A stretch of 64,000 nt of DNA from a virus (lineage: Duplodnaviria; Caudoviricetes): IMG/VR virus record IMGVR_UViG_3300028797_000118, positions 1 to 64,000 of that record. One strand, 5' to 3'. Shown here piece after piece: positions 10,536 to 20,527 of the stretch (position 1 is the stretch's first letter; every line of letters starts with the position of its first letter). The notes beneath the pieces are model-generated. The model ran no database searches, was not told where the DNA came from, and was given only the letters and a program-made list of their open reading frames with translations. A program made the translations under genes and the position numbers.

Positions 10536-11864
10536 ATGGCTACTGCTAAAGAAATGTTAGATATAGCTCGTAAATATATAGGCGTTATTGAAAAACCAAA
10601 CAATAATGTTGTTTTTAATACAAGATATTATGGTAGGGAAGTTAATGGACCTCAGTATGCATGGTGTGCAGTTTTTATCTGGTGCTGCTTTAAAGAAGCT
10701 GATGCTTTGGATATTTTCTGTGGAGGACAAAAGACTGCTCTTTGCCAGTTTGCTTTGGATTACTATAGGAAAAATGGAAAGTTTTATAAAAAAGATCCTA
10801 AAGTTGGAGATCTTGTATTTTTTAAATTTGGTACGAATCAAAGAGAAACTGATCACATGGGTTTTGTAGAGAGTATAAATTCAGATGGTTCAGTTAATAC
10901 TATTGAGGGAAATACCTCTGATTCTAATCAGAATAATGGTGGTATGGTCATGAGGAAAAAGCGTTCTTCTAAGATAGTTGGATATGCAAGGCCCGATTAC
11001 GATGAAGAATTTAAAAGTCTTCCTTCCATAGATGAGACTTATCCACAAAAAGGAATAGATATGTCGAAATATCAGACTGGGGTAAATTATAAGGCACTCC
11101 GAGCTGAAGGAGTTAAGTTTGTTATCTTAAAGGTTATCCGTAAAGACCTTAAAAAAGATGATATGTTCGAGACTCATTATAAAGGCTGTATAGATGCTGG
11201 TATCCCAGTAAGAGCAGTTTATAACTACTCTTATGCTACAACTGTTGAAAAAGCAAAGATAGATGCAAAAAGAGTCATAGAAATCTTAAACGGAAGGGAT
11301 ATCCCTGTTGTTTTGGATGTTGAAGATGCATCTCAAAAGAATCTAAAGGAAAGACTTGTACAGATAATCAATGCTTATCAGAGTGTTATTGTAAGTGCAG
11401 GTCTTAAATTTTGTGTTTATACAGGACTTTCTTTTTATAAGAATTTTATTGAGCCATATAAAGATATGATAAATACGACTCAGTTTTGGATTGCAAGATA
11501 TCCGTCTACTAGTGAGATGAGCTTTAGTATATCTCCTCCCGCGAATAAAAAGCCCGATGTTAATGGGCTTATAGGTTGGCAGTATACGTCAAATGGAGTT
11601 ATTCCTAAAGCTTATAGTGGAAAGCTTGATTTCGATATTTTATATTCTTCTATCTTAAGACAGGAAAGAAAGACTGGAGTCATAACAGCAAATTCATTAA
11701 GGATACGGAGTACTCCAAGTACTTCTAACCTAAATAATGTTGTAGGATATCTTAAAAAAGGTGACAATGTCGTTATATATGCTACCGATGTTAAGACCGG
11801 ATGGTATCAGATAGATCTTGAAGGAAAGAAATGGATAAGTAATAAATACGTAAGATTAAATTAA
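10536..11864 (+). CDS. Endolysin: CHAP + GH25 muramidase + SH3b
   Basis: CHAP motifs AWCAVF, DHMGFVE, TIEGNT; GH25 motifs GIDMSKYQ, LDVED, WIARY, WQYTS; SH3b LRIRSTP...GWY. Confidence 0.9.
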   Translation: MATAKEMLDIARKYIGVIEKPNNNVVFNTRYYGREVNGPQYAWCAVFIWCCFKEADALDIFCGGQKTALCQFALDYYRKNGKFYKKDPKVGDLVFFKFGTNQRETDHMGFVESINSDGSVNTIEGNTSDSNQNNGGMVMRKKRSSKIVGYARPDYDEEFKSLPSIDETYPQKGIDMSKYQTGVNYKALRAEGVKFVILKVIRKDLKKDDMFETHYKGCIDAGIPVRAVYNYSYATTVEKAKIDAKRVIEILNGRDIPVVLDVEDASQKNLKERLVQIINAYQSVIVSAGLKFCVYTGLSFYKNFIEPYKDMINTTQFWIARYPSTSEMSFSISPPANKKPDVNGLIGWQYTSNGVIPKAYSGKLDFDILYSSILRQERKTGVITANSLRIRSTPSTSNLNNVVGYLKKGDNVVIYATDVKTGWYQIDLEGKKWISNKYVRLN

Positions 11865-11883
11865 AAAGGAAGGAGGATAAAAA

Positions 11884-12513
11884 ATGGTCATACTTATGAA
11901 GTCAAACAAGGTACTTGTTTTGTCAAAGCCAAGTAAGCTCTATCAGAAAGAAAATGCTGTTGATGATATAGTTATCTATGTACCTGAGAAATATAATGAT
12001 TATGATCTAAAGGATTTTGTGGCTACTATGTATTATTCCAATCCGGCAAATGAAGCATATAGTGATGCACTTATAGCCGCAGAAGAAAGTGATAAAGAAG
12101 GATTTATTAAATACTCTCTTCCTGTTACAACAAAGATCACTACTGTTCCTGGCGTGATCAGTCTTTATCTGTCACTTGTACATACAGATATGGAGGCAGG
12201 GATCAAATATGTCTTAAAGACAAGCAATCTGGATATTACTGTCGAAGAATGGGCAGATTATTTTAAGTATATCTCTGATGATTCTTTATCTGCTATAGAT
12301 GATAAGATTGCGGAATTAGATTCAAAGATTGCAGAGATAAAAGCAATTGCTCAGACTCAGGTTCCAAATGACCTTGACCTTTCTGAGCAGGGACATCTTA
12401 ATCTCTCAGTAGATGGTACTCCTATTGGAAATGGAGTAAATATAGTTATTACTTCTGAAGATCCTGATGGAACAGATGATGGTGTTATTGATCTTGATAT
12501 TGTCGGAATCTAA
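11884..12513 (+). CDS. BppU-like baseplate/fibre adaptor
   Basis: N-terminal beta-sandwich pattern (YQKENAVDDIVIYVP...LKTS) followed by a coiled coil; tail context. Confidence 0.55.
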   Translation: MVILMKSNKVLVLSKPSKLYQKENAVDDIVIYVPEKYNDYDLKDFVATMYYSNPANEAYSDALIAAEESDKEGFIKYSLPVTTKITTVPGVISLYLSLVHTDMEAGIKYVLKTSNLDITVEEWADYFKYISDDSLSAIDDKIAELDSKIAEIKAIAQTQVPNDLDLSEQGHLNLSVDGTPIGNGVNIVITSEDPDGTDDGVIDLDIVGI

Positions 12514-12527
12514 GGGAGGGACGTATC

Positions 12528-13001
12528 ATGGCTGATGAGAAATGGATGAAGATTCCATATTTTGCTAAAGGTAAGGCAGAAAGTTTGGAAAGAGCTTTGC
12601 AAGGTGGTAAGTTCGATAACCTTGACAAAGCCTTATTTTATTTTGCTATAGATACAAAACAGTGGATATTGGTTGATATTGATAAGAGTATTCATGTGAT
12701 AACAGGATACAATGGTCAGCCAACTCCTACTCCTGGTGGGGACGGAAGTGTTAAAAGGGTGGATGTTCTTCCCTCTATTTTAGAAGGAGACCTTAATACT
12801 CTCTATATCCTTGGAGATATTGTCTATTCATTTAATGGTGCTTCTTATGTTCCAACATATAAAGAGGCTGAAAATGAGATAGGTAATCTTCCACCTAATA
12901 CTAATGTTGTTGAATACGTCAATGAAGTAAGAGAAGAAACGATTGAAGCTGCAAATCAGTATACTGATGAACAGCTTCAGTTGCATATTCTCTACGATTA
13001 A
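12528..13001 (+). CDS. Tail fibre-associated protein
   Basis: VDVLPSILEGDLNTLY fibre module; strong RBS. Confidence 0.5.
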   Translation: MADEKWMKIPYFAKGKAESLERALQGGKFDNLDKALFYFAIDTKQWILVDIDKSIHVITGYNGQPTPTPGGDGSVKRVDVLPSILEGDLNTLYILGDIVYSFNGASYVPTYKEAENEIGNLPPNTNVVEYVNEVREETIEAANQYTDEQLQLHILYD

Positions 13002-13010
13002 AGGAGGTGC

Positions 13011-13436
13011 ATGATGGCAAATTTTACTTTTTATCTTACACCTTCTGAAAAGTTAAATCAGATAGATTATCAGCTTGGAAATATCATATTTGTTGAAGAT
13101 CTTCATAGATTATATATGGATGGCATGTATGGAAGAGTCTGCTATGATTCCATAGTTATCTTTGATACAGAGCTTGAGCTTTATGAATATGAGCATCCTT
13201 TTGAGGGTTTTTATTTTGTTGAAGAGACAAAGACTTTATGGAGATATTATGAGGAAGAATGGACAAGTCTTACTGAGCCTCCTACAAGTAATGTTGTTTT
13301 TGTTCCTAAGAGTGAATTACCGGATGAAGGTGAATTTGCTGTGCTTTATGTATGTGATACAGAAATGTATGTCTGGGATATTGACAAGCACGATTATGTT
13401 GGTATAAATACAGAATCTATCTGGCATGAAGTCTAA
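13011..13436 (+). CDS. Tail fibre-associated protein
   Basis: ELPDEGEFAVLY module, ends SIWHEV. Confidence 0.5.
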   Translation: MMANFTFYLTPSEKLNQIDYQLGNIIFVEDLHRLYMDGMYGRVCYDSIVIFDTELELYEYEHPFEGFYFVEETKTLWRYYEEEWTSLTEPPTSNVVFVPKSELPDEGEFAVLYVCDTEMYVWDIDKHDYVGINTESIWHEV

Positions 13437-13454
13437 AGAGAGGAGGGAAATATT

Positions 13455-13703
13455 ATGAGTTATTGGATTGATGAATCGGATCCTGGAAGGATTATGTCTT
13501 CATCAAAGCAGATCCCATTTTGGGCAGATAGTGAAGATGATATTCCTAACCTTCCTACGACGACTTCTTACGGAGTTCAGCAGGGAGATGACACTGTATC
13601 ATGTAGACCTTGTGGGAAAGGTTCTACATGTACAGCTATCAATGACGGAACCGGAGCTTCTGTTTTTGCATTAAATTCAAATGACGAATGGAAGAAATTA
13701 TAA
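13455..13703 (+). CDS. Small tail-associated protein
   Basis: 82 aa with RBS GGAGGG; DIPNLPT...GS...W pattern. Confidence 0.5.
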   Translation: MSYWIDESDPGRIMSSSKQIPFWADSEDDIPNLPTTTSYGVQQGDDTVSCRPCGKGSTCTAINDGTGASVFALNSNDEWKKL

Positions 13704-13721
13704 AGAAAGGAGGAATGGCTT

Positions 13722-14195
13722 GTGGATAAGAAGGCTTATATTATTGCTAAAAATTCAAGCGTTTCTTACATTGATCAGGTACTTGATGGAGTTACCCTGA
13801 TTAATGGTAAGAACTGCGAGATAGATTCCATTACTCCTTCTGCTGATGGTAAATATACGACTGTAACTTTTGGATGGACCGGTAATAGTGGTACTCATTA
13901 TACTTCGGATATGCGAGTAGATAATGGTAAAGATGGTAGGTCTATTGATTCGATGGAGATTGTTGCTGATGCTCAAAAAAAGCTTCATCTCTATGTAACT
14001 TATGATGATGGATCTGCGCCTGTTGATGCCGGTATCATTCCTCTTCCGACTTTAGAGGTAGGTACGACAGAGACTGTTGAATATGACGAGCCTGCTGAAG
14101 TCATAGAAGTTACTACTGCTACTGGGATAAAACTTAATTTCAAGATTCCCCGTGGCGAACCTGGAACATCTGATCCTATTTGGCATGTTGTGTAA
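13722..14195 (+). CDS. Tail fibre-associated protein
   Basis: NGKDGRSI and LNFKIPRGEPG collagen-junction-like motifs common in phage fibres. Confidence 0.55.
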   Translation: MDKKAYIIAKNSSVSYIDQVLDGVTLINGKNCEIDSITPSADGKYTTVTFGWTGNSGTHYTSDMRVDNGKDGRSIDSMEIVADAQKKLHLYVTYDDGSAPVDAGIIPLPTLEVGTTETVEYDEPAEVIEVTTATGIKLNFKIPRGEPGTSDPIWHVV

Positions 14196-14212
14196 GGGGA
14201 AGGAGGTAAAAG

Positions 14213-16243
14213 ATGTCTTCAAATTTATATGATAAAACTACTCAGGAGCTCATACCATATGCAGGCAGTAATGAAGCAACAACGGCATCATTGGATAGTC
14301 TCTCCAATGTGCTTATCACTTCTCCTACAAATGGTCAGCTTCTTACTTTTGATGCAGAATCTCTTAAATGGAAAAATGCGGATAAAGAAAATGCAGCAAT
14401 TGAGATGAGTGACATTTCTGATGTAATAATTATGTCTGTTTCTCATGGCCAGATATTAAAATGGGAAGAAACGACTGGTAAATGGGTAAATAGTAATTTT
14501 CATGATATAACATCTCTTGGTGCTATTCCAAATGTGTATCTTGATGAGTTGTCGGATGGACAGTTTCTTATTTATGATACAACTTCTGGGAAATGGATAA
14601 ATACTACTTTGGAATATCAAAAGCCTCTTGTTGCTGATTATGGTATCTCAATAGATCAGAATAATAATAAGATTAAGGCAAAGACATTTGTAGGAACATT
14701 AAATGAATGGTATTCACTTTCTATGTCGGAACAGATGTCTTATGATTCAGTTGGAATAACTGACGATCAGAATACTGCATATGCAACAGAGATTGCTTAT
14801 GTTGATGAGCTTCCTCTTTCTGGAATCATGGATATAATCTATGGTCTTATGAATTTTGGAGAGAAACAGACTACAACTGCTGCTGATGGCTTTCTTGATA
14901 GTGTAAGTGCTTTTACAAAAACTACTGTTACAGGTGGATATAAGTATACTTCAAGTACGGCTGTTATAAGTACTGATGATCTGGCTTATTATTCTTTTGA
15001 ATCTATAACATATGATGGAACAAAATTTATTATTAATTGGGGCGGAGATTGGGAAGAAGAAGATCTTGCTCTTGGAGATACGTTCTATTATAAGACAATA
15101 GATAGGATCCAGTATTATGCTGGTCATCAGGAAACTCAGAGTTTTCATACATTTGAAAGTGATATTGAAGCATATAAAGTAACATACGACAATTCTTCTT
15201 CTGGATTGCTTTCATTGAATGTGCAGAGCGCTGTTGATGAACTTGCTGATGAAAAAGCTGATTCTGCTACTACGCTTTCTGGATATGGAATTACTGATGC
15301 TTATACAAAAGAAGAAATAGATAATGCGCTTTCTGAACTTGAAACAAATATAACATGGAAAGCTGCTGTAGCAACATATAGTGATATTGCTACTACTTAT
15401 CCTAATCCACAGCCTGGATGGACTGTAGTTGCTAATGATGTAAACATAGCATATAGATATACGACATCAGATGGTTGGACTGCTATTTCGGCTAATGCTA
15501 CTCCTGAAGCAACAGAACAGATAAATGGTCTTATGACTTCAACAATGGTAACTAAGCTTAATGGTATTGCTTCTGGTGCTGAAGTAAATCAGAATGCATT
15601 TAGTAATATTACTGTTGGATCTACTACTGTAGCTGCTGATAGTAAAACTGATACTCTTACTCTTGTTGCGGGATCTAATGTTACTTTAACTCCTGATGCA
15701 ACAAATGATAAAGTGACTATTGCAGCCACCAATACTACAACAGGAACCACATATGCAGCTGGATCTGCTCCTGCAAATACAACTTTTGGTACAAATGGAA
15801 GTATCAAAAATGCTTATGATTCATTAAATTCTTCTAAGCTTAAAAATGGTTATGCTAGTGCAACAACAAGTAAACAGGGAATTATTTTTGATAAATGTGC
15901 CGACAATAATTATTTCACATTTAGACCATATTTACCCAATAATCTTCTTCAGGTCACTAAAAATGATACAACGTCATTATTAAGTATATTCACTAATGGT
16001 ATTGTTGCAGCAGATGTGGGTTTGCGTTCTCCATTTTATTATTCAGCAGATCAAAGTATAAAAGTATCTTTTCAAGGAATACATGAAACTGTTGGTGGTG
16101 TAGAATATGATGGATATTCTATTAGATTACATCAGGTTAATAGTCTGTGGGGAATTGAATTTGCAGTATATTGGAACCTTGATGGAGCATATTGCAGAAA
16201 GAAAGTTAATAGCTCAACATGGGGAGCATGGACTAAGATTTAA
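14213..16243 (+). CDS. Tail fibre / receptor-binding protein
   Basis: Three repeats of L/I-S-D/N-V...GQ-L...W-N, TTLSGYGITDAYTK, KLNGIASGAEVN, C-terminal WGAWTKI knob-like end. Confidence 0.75.
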   Translation: MSSNLYDKTTQELIPYAGSNEATTASLDSLSNVLITSPTNGQLLTFDAESLKWKNADKENAAIEMSDISDVIIMSVSHGQILKWEETTGKWVNSNFHDITSLGAIPNVYLDELSDGQFLIYDTTSGKWINTTLEYQKPLVADYGISIDQNNNKIKAKTFVGTLNEWYSLSMSEQMSYDSVGITDDQNTAYATEIAYVDELPLSGIMDIIYGLMNFGEKQTTTAADGFLDSVSAFTKTTVTGGYKYTSSTAVISTDDLAYYSFESITYDGTKFIINWGGDWEEEDLALGDTFYYKTIDRIQYYAGHQETQSFHTFESDIEAYKVTYDNSSSGLLSLNVQSAVDELADEKADSATTLSGYGITDAYTKEEIDNALSELETNITWKAAVATYSDIATTYPNPQPGWTVVANDVNIAYRYTTSDGWTAISANATPEATEQINGLMTSTMVTKLNGIASGAEVNQNAFSNITVGSTTVAADSKTDTLTLVAGSNVTLTPDATNDKVTIAATNTTTGTTYAAGSAPANTTFGTNGSIKNAYDSLNSSKLKNGYASATTSKQGIIFDKCADNNYFTFRPYLPNNLLQVTKNDTTSLLSIFTNGIVAADVGLRSPFYYSADQSIKVSFQGIHETVGGVEYDGYSIRLHQVNSLWGIEFAVYWNLDGAYCRKKVNSSTWGAWTKI

Positions 16244-16271
16244 CGCTTAATTTATAACAATACATTTTATG

Positions 16272-16298
16272 AGCTGCTTATAATCAAGCAGTTTTTTT
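16272..16298 (+). terminator. Intrinsic terminator
   Basis: CTGCTT/AAGCAG hairpin followed by T7. Confidence 0.6.
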
Positions 16299-16322
16299 AT
16301 TATAGCGAAAGGAGGCATATAG

Positions 16323-18986
16323 ATGAGTCTTTCTTTTCGAGATTCAAATGGGATTCTTCATGAAATTGCAAGTAAATCTTTAACAGATTCTTTCTTGTCA
16401 AATAGTAGCGAGAATCCGGTAAAAAATAAGACGATTTATTATGCTTTGGAAAACAAAGTCGAGAAAGCAACTCAGGATTTAGTTCATTACTACTTGAAAA
16501 GTGAAACTTATTCAAAAGAAGAAGTTAATTCTCTTATCGGTTCAATCAGCTCACTTGATCTTGCAGTTGTAGCTACACTTCCAACGCAAGATATTTCAAC
16601 AACAACAATTTATTTGGTGGGTCCCGATTCAGAAACAGGGAAATATGATGAATATGTATATTTCAATAATTCATGGGTACAGATTGGAGATACCAGTATT
16701 GATCTTTCTGGATATGTTACTTCTTCTGAATTAACTGCTGCAATAGCTGATTTCTTAACTGAAACTGAGATTAGAAGTCTTGTTCAGACTTGTTATACAA
16801 AAATAGAAACTAATGCTCTTCTTGATGCAAAACAGGACGTTTTGACTTTTGATAATGCACCTATAGAAAATTCAACGAATCCTGTTAAATCCGGTGGTGT
16901 ATATACTGCTCTTTCTGGAAAACAAGACACTTTAACATATGATAATCTTCCAACTGAGAATTCTACTAATATGGTTAAATCTGGTGGAATTTATACAGCT
17001 ATTAATAGTCTTGGAGCAGATGACATAGCATATGATAATACAAATAGTGAACTTGTAGCAACCGATGTTCAGGATGCTGTTGATGAAATTGTAGAAGATG
17101 TTGAAAATTTAAATGAAAGCATAAATGGGAAAGTAGATTGGGAAAGTTTTAGTAAACTTGGCTCAATAAATGTTTGTCCAATATGTGTTGGTACTACTAC
17201 TCTTAATGGAGTGAAATTTACAGTAAATTCTGATGGAACAATAACAGCAACTGGAACAGCTACAGAATTTACGCCATTTGATATTGCTACCACGGATATG
17301 GGATATGTTATTGAAGATGGTGAGTATATCTTATCTGATGGTTTAGCAGAACATTCAAGTAACCAATATTCAACAGTTACAATTATTGATCAGAATGATG
17401 AAGTTCATTATGATTATGCAAATACAAAGGATTCTGGGAAGAATGTCTTTTCGATAGATAATAGTAATATAAAAAAGTTATATGTATCTATTTGTATTGG
17501 TAATGATTATACAGTATCTAATTTAGTTTTTAAACCTATGATTCGTCCTTCCTCAGTTACTCCTAATACATTTGTTCCATATTCTGAAACAAATAAACAG
17601 CTTACAAATGATAAAGTTGATTGGAAAACAGTAGGATATCTTGGTGCAAAAAATTTAAATTCTTATCCATATTATCAAGCAGATTCAGTTACTTCTAATG
17701 ATGTAACATTTACAGTTCAAAGTGATGGATCGGTTCTTGTTAATGGTACTGCTTCAGCAGATACTACATATATATTCCATACAAGAGCTTCTGAATTAAA
17801 CAGTTTGATTCTTCCTAATGGAAGATATATCATTTCAGGTTGCCCTTCAACTGGTTCATCATCAACATATCGTATAAATGCTAATAGAACTGTAAGTGGT
17901 TCAGGTGTAGTATATGGATCAGATATAGGTAAAGGTCTTGAAGTTACATTAAATGGAGATGATTATTCTAATGATAGAGTTAGATTGGGTTTATATATTT
18001 ATATTAATAATGGTACAACACTTGATAATATAGTATTTAAACCAATGATTCGATTAGCTTCTGACAAAGATGAAACATATCAACCTTATTCTATGACAAA
18101 TCAAGATATTACATCTTATGTTCAATCGATAAGTAATCCAAATTTACTTGATAATCCTTGGTTTACAATAAATCAACGTGGACAAACAACTTATACTGCT
18201 CCTATTGGATCATCTTATATGACAGTGGATAGATGGCATAAATTTGGGGGGACGGTTGTTGTTTCAAGTGATGGAGTTACATTATCTACAACGACTTCTG
18301 ATACAGATGGAAATTTTTATTCTGAGTATCTTTTATCAGAATATAGACATTTTTTAGGTTCTAAAGTAACTCTTTCAATTAAAATCAATAATAAAATTTA
18401 TAGTGCAACAGGAAGAGTTCCTAGTTCTACAGCGTCTTATTGGCAAACTCCAATTAGGTTTTATCCATTAAGTGGAATTGGATTATTAGTTGCATTACAT
18501 ATATCTCCAACTTCTAGTTCAAGATTTCAGGTAAGCATTCTAGTTCCTAAAGATGGTAATGAATATACTATTCAAGCAATTAAACTTGAAATGGGTGATA
18601 TCTCGACTTTAGGATTAGATACTTCTCCTAATTATGCTCAGGAATTAGATAAATGTAAACGTTATTTTGAAAAGAATTCATGGTTTTCATGGACTCCAGA
18701 AAAAGCCTTAGCTAATGGATATATATTTAGAGGCTTTTCTTATCGATATGATGTGCAGAAGAGAGCTCAACCTTCATTTACTTTTATATCTGGCAATGCT
18801 AATGGTCAATTAATTGATTTGACTACAAATACAACTCTTGCAAATGCAGATATTACCATTTCTAATAGTGGAGCATGGAATCCTAGAATGGTTCAATTAA
18901 AAGTTGAACATGCTTCAATTGTATCTGGCCATGAATACTTTTTTGCTGTTGGAGATAATGTATTTAGTATTTCAGCAGATATATAA
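16323..18986 (+). CDS. Tail fibre / receptor-binding protein with two tandem carbohydrate-binding-like domains
   Basis: Tandem KQD-LT-DN-P-ENSTN-VKSGG repeats; duplicated FTV-SDG...FKPMIR...PY domain; C-terminal NLLDNPWF...ELDKCKRYF domain. Confidence 0.75.
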   Translation: MSLSFRDSNGILHEIASKSLTDSFLSNSSENPVKNKTIYYALENKVEKATQDLVHYYLKSETYSKEEVNSLIGSISSLDLAVVATLPTQDISTTTIYLVGPDSETGKYDEYVYFNNSWVQIGDTSIDLSGYVTSSELTAAIADFLTETEIRSLVQTCYTKIETNALLDAKQDVLTFDNAPIENSTNPVKSGGVYTALSGKQDTLTYDNLPTENSTNMVKSGGIYTAINSLGADDIAYDNTNSELVATDVQDAVDEIVEDVENLNESINGKVDWESFSKLGSINVCPICVGTTTLNGVKFTVNSDGTITATGTATEFTPFDIATTDMGYVIEDGEYILSDGLAEHSSNQYSTVTIIDQNDEVHYDYANTKDSGKNVFSIDNSNIKKLYVSICIGNDYTVSNLVFKPMIRPSSVTPNTFVPYSETNKQLTNDKVDWKTVGYLGAKNLNSYPYYQADSVTSNDVTFTVQSDGSVLVNGTASADTTYIFHTRASELNSLILPNGRYIISGCPSTGSSSTYRINANRTVSGSGVVYGSDIGKGLEVTLNGDDYSNDRVRLGLYIYINNGTTLDNIVFKPMIRLASDKDETYQPYSMTNQDITSYVQSISNPNLLDNPWFTINQRGQTTYTAPIGSSYMTVDRWHKFGGTVVVSSDGVTLSTTTSDTDGNFYSEYLLSEYRHFLGSKVTLSIKINNKIYSATGRVPSSTASYWQTPIRFYPLSGIGLLVALHISPTSSSRFQVSILVPKDGNEYTIQAIKLEMGDISTLGLDTSPNYAQELDKCKRYFEKNSWFSWTPEKALANGYIFRGFSYRYDVQKRAQPSFTFISGNANGQLIDLTTNTTLANADITISNSGAWNPRMVQLKVEHASIVSGHEYFFAVGDNVFSISADI

Positions 18987-18999
18987 AATTACATTTAAA

Positions 19000-19022
19000 A
19001 GAGAGAGTGAAGTGCTCTCTCT
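19000..19022 (+). terminator. Hairpin/terminator before the four-gene module
   Basis: AGAGAGAG-7nt-CTCTCTCT. Confidence 0.5.
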
Positions 19023-19045
19023 TATTATTTTAAGGAGAATTTAAT

Positions 19046-19405
19046 ATGAATGGATTTTATAACAATCCTTATCAGAATCAGCTTTATCAGTCTTATATTC
19101 AGCCTTTGCAGCAGGCGCAGACAACAAACATTGTAAAGGTAAATGGAAAGCCTGGTGCTGATGCATATCAGCTTGGTCCAAATAGTAGTGCTCTTCTTCT
19201 TGATGAGACTGCTGCTATGGTTTGGCTCGTTCAGACTGATGGTGCAGGATATAAGACAGCGACTGCATATGACATTATTCCTCATAAAGAAGTTAAACAA
19301 GAGGATATGTTCAAAAAACTTGAAGATAGAATAAGTAAATTGGAGGATAAAGTAAATGCTAAATCCAATTCTTCAGATGTTAAATCAAGGAAATCCACAG
19401 AGTAA
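19046..19405 (+). CDS. Hypothetical protein (Q/Y-rich N-terminus, small globular core, coiled-coil tail)
   Basis: 119 aa, RBS AAGGAG; first gene of four-gene module. Confidence 0.7.
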   Translation: MNGFYNNPYQNQLYQSYIQPLQQAQTTNIVKVNGKPGADAYQLGPNSSALLLDETAAMVWLVQTDGAGYKTATAYDIIPHKEVKQEDMFKKLEDRISKLEDKVNAKSNSSDVKSRKSTE

Positions 19406-19622
19406 TATTATGTTGCAAGCTTTTGGAGCAATGATGAGAGGGGAGTCTCCTCAACAGTTTTTACAAAAACTTGCTCAGACAGATCCTAGATTACAAGGAC
19501 TTGATTTATCTAACCCTCAGAAAGCTGCTGAAGATTTATATCGTCAGAATGGGCAGGATATAAATGAAGCAAAAGAATCTGTAAAAGGAAAGATAAGTCA
19601 ATTCCTCAGTAATAAACAGTAA
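19356..19622 (+). CDS. Hypothetical Q/M/N-rich helical protein
   Basis: 88 aa, GGAGG upstream, overlaps previous gene. Confidence 0.7.
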   Translation: MLNPILQMLNQGNPQSNIMLQAFGAMMRGESPQQFLQKLAQTDPRLQGLDLSNPQKAAEDLYRQNGQDINEAKESVKGKISQFLSNKQ

Positions 19623-19660
19623 CTAATAATAAATACTTTTTTAAGAAAGGGGATTTTACT

Positions 19661-20194
19661 ATGAACGAATCTACTGGATTTATGTCAAATGATTGGTTAG
19701 GAGCATTTTTGATTATCGCTATTTTGTTTGGTGGCGGTTTTGGTGGATTTGGAGGACGTGGAGCTATGCCTAATGTTGCGACAGTTCAGGATGTAAATCA
19801 GGCAGTTGATAATCAGGCTACGCAGGCAAGTCTTCAGAATGTATTGCTTAGCAGTGCAAATAATAACTATGAGACTGCAAGACTTGTTGAGAATCAGACA
19901 ACTCAGCTTATGAATCAGAATAACACTAATCTTATAAATGCTATTCAGGGATTTAATAATGTGTCACAGCAAATCATGAATCAGACAAATGTTCTTGGTT
20001 CAAAACTTGATCAGCTCGGCTTCCAGATGGATCAGTGCTGCTGCTCTATTAAGACTCTTATTAAGGACAATCAGATTGCGGATCTTACAAATCAGCTTAA
20101 CAACGCAAATAATGCAGCAATTAACTCTGCACAGAGTCAGTATCTCCTCTCTCAGTTAGGCAAGTGGACTCCTTATACAGCAACAACAACTTGA
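19661..20194 (+). CDS. Membrane-anchored N/Q-rich coiled-coil protein with CCC motif
   Basis: WLGAFLIIAILF + GGGFGGFGG, long N/Q heptads, QCCC. Confidence 0.75.
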   Translation: MNESTGFMSNDWLGAFLIIAILFGGGFGGFGGRGAMPNVATVQDVNQAVDNQATQASLQNVLLSSANNNYETARLVENQTTQLMNQNNTNLINAIQGFNNVSQQIMNQTNVLGSKLDQLGFQMDQCCCSIKTLIKDNQIADLTNQLNNANNAAINSAQSQYLLSQLGKWTPYTATTT

Positions 20195-20204
20195 GGTGAT
20201 ATAA

Positions 20205-20513
20205 ATGCGGATAATCAAATCATTAGTTGAAAAAATCGATGATGAGCTTATGGATGCTGAGAAGTATATAAATTGTGCTTATGAAACTAAGATGGATTAT
20301 CCAGATGTTTCATTGGTATATTTTAAACTTTCTCAGGAAGAGATGAAGCATATGCAAATGCTTCATACTCAGGTTGTAAAAATAATCGAGGAACATAAGA
20401 AAACAAATGAAGTTCCATTAGTCATGAAAGAATTGTATAACTATCTACATGAACGTCAGATAGAATGGGCTGCGAAGATAGAACTTAAACAAAAGAATTA
20501 TAACAATCAATAA
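20205..20513 (+). CDS. Ferritin-like helical protein
   Basis: DELMDAEKY...EEMKH (E...ExxH half di-iron motif). Confidence 0.55.
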   Translation: MRIIKSLVEKIDDELMDAEKYINCAYETKMDYPDVSLVYFKLSQEEMKHMQMLHTQVVKIIEEHKKTNEVPLVMKELYNYLHERQIEWAAKIELKQKNYNNQ

Positions 20514-20527
20514 GGAGGGATTAAAGA

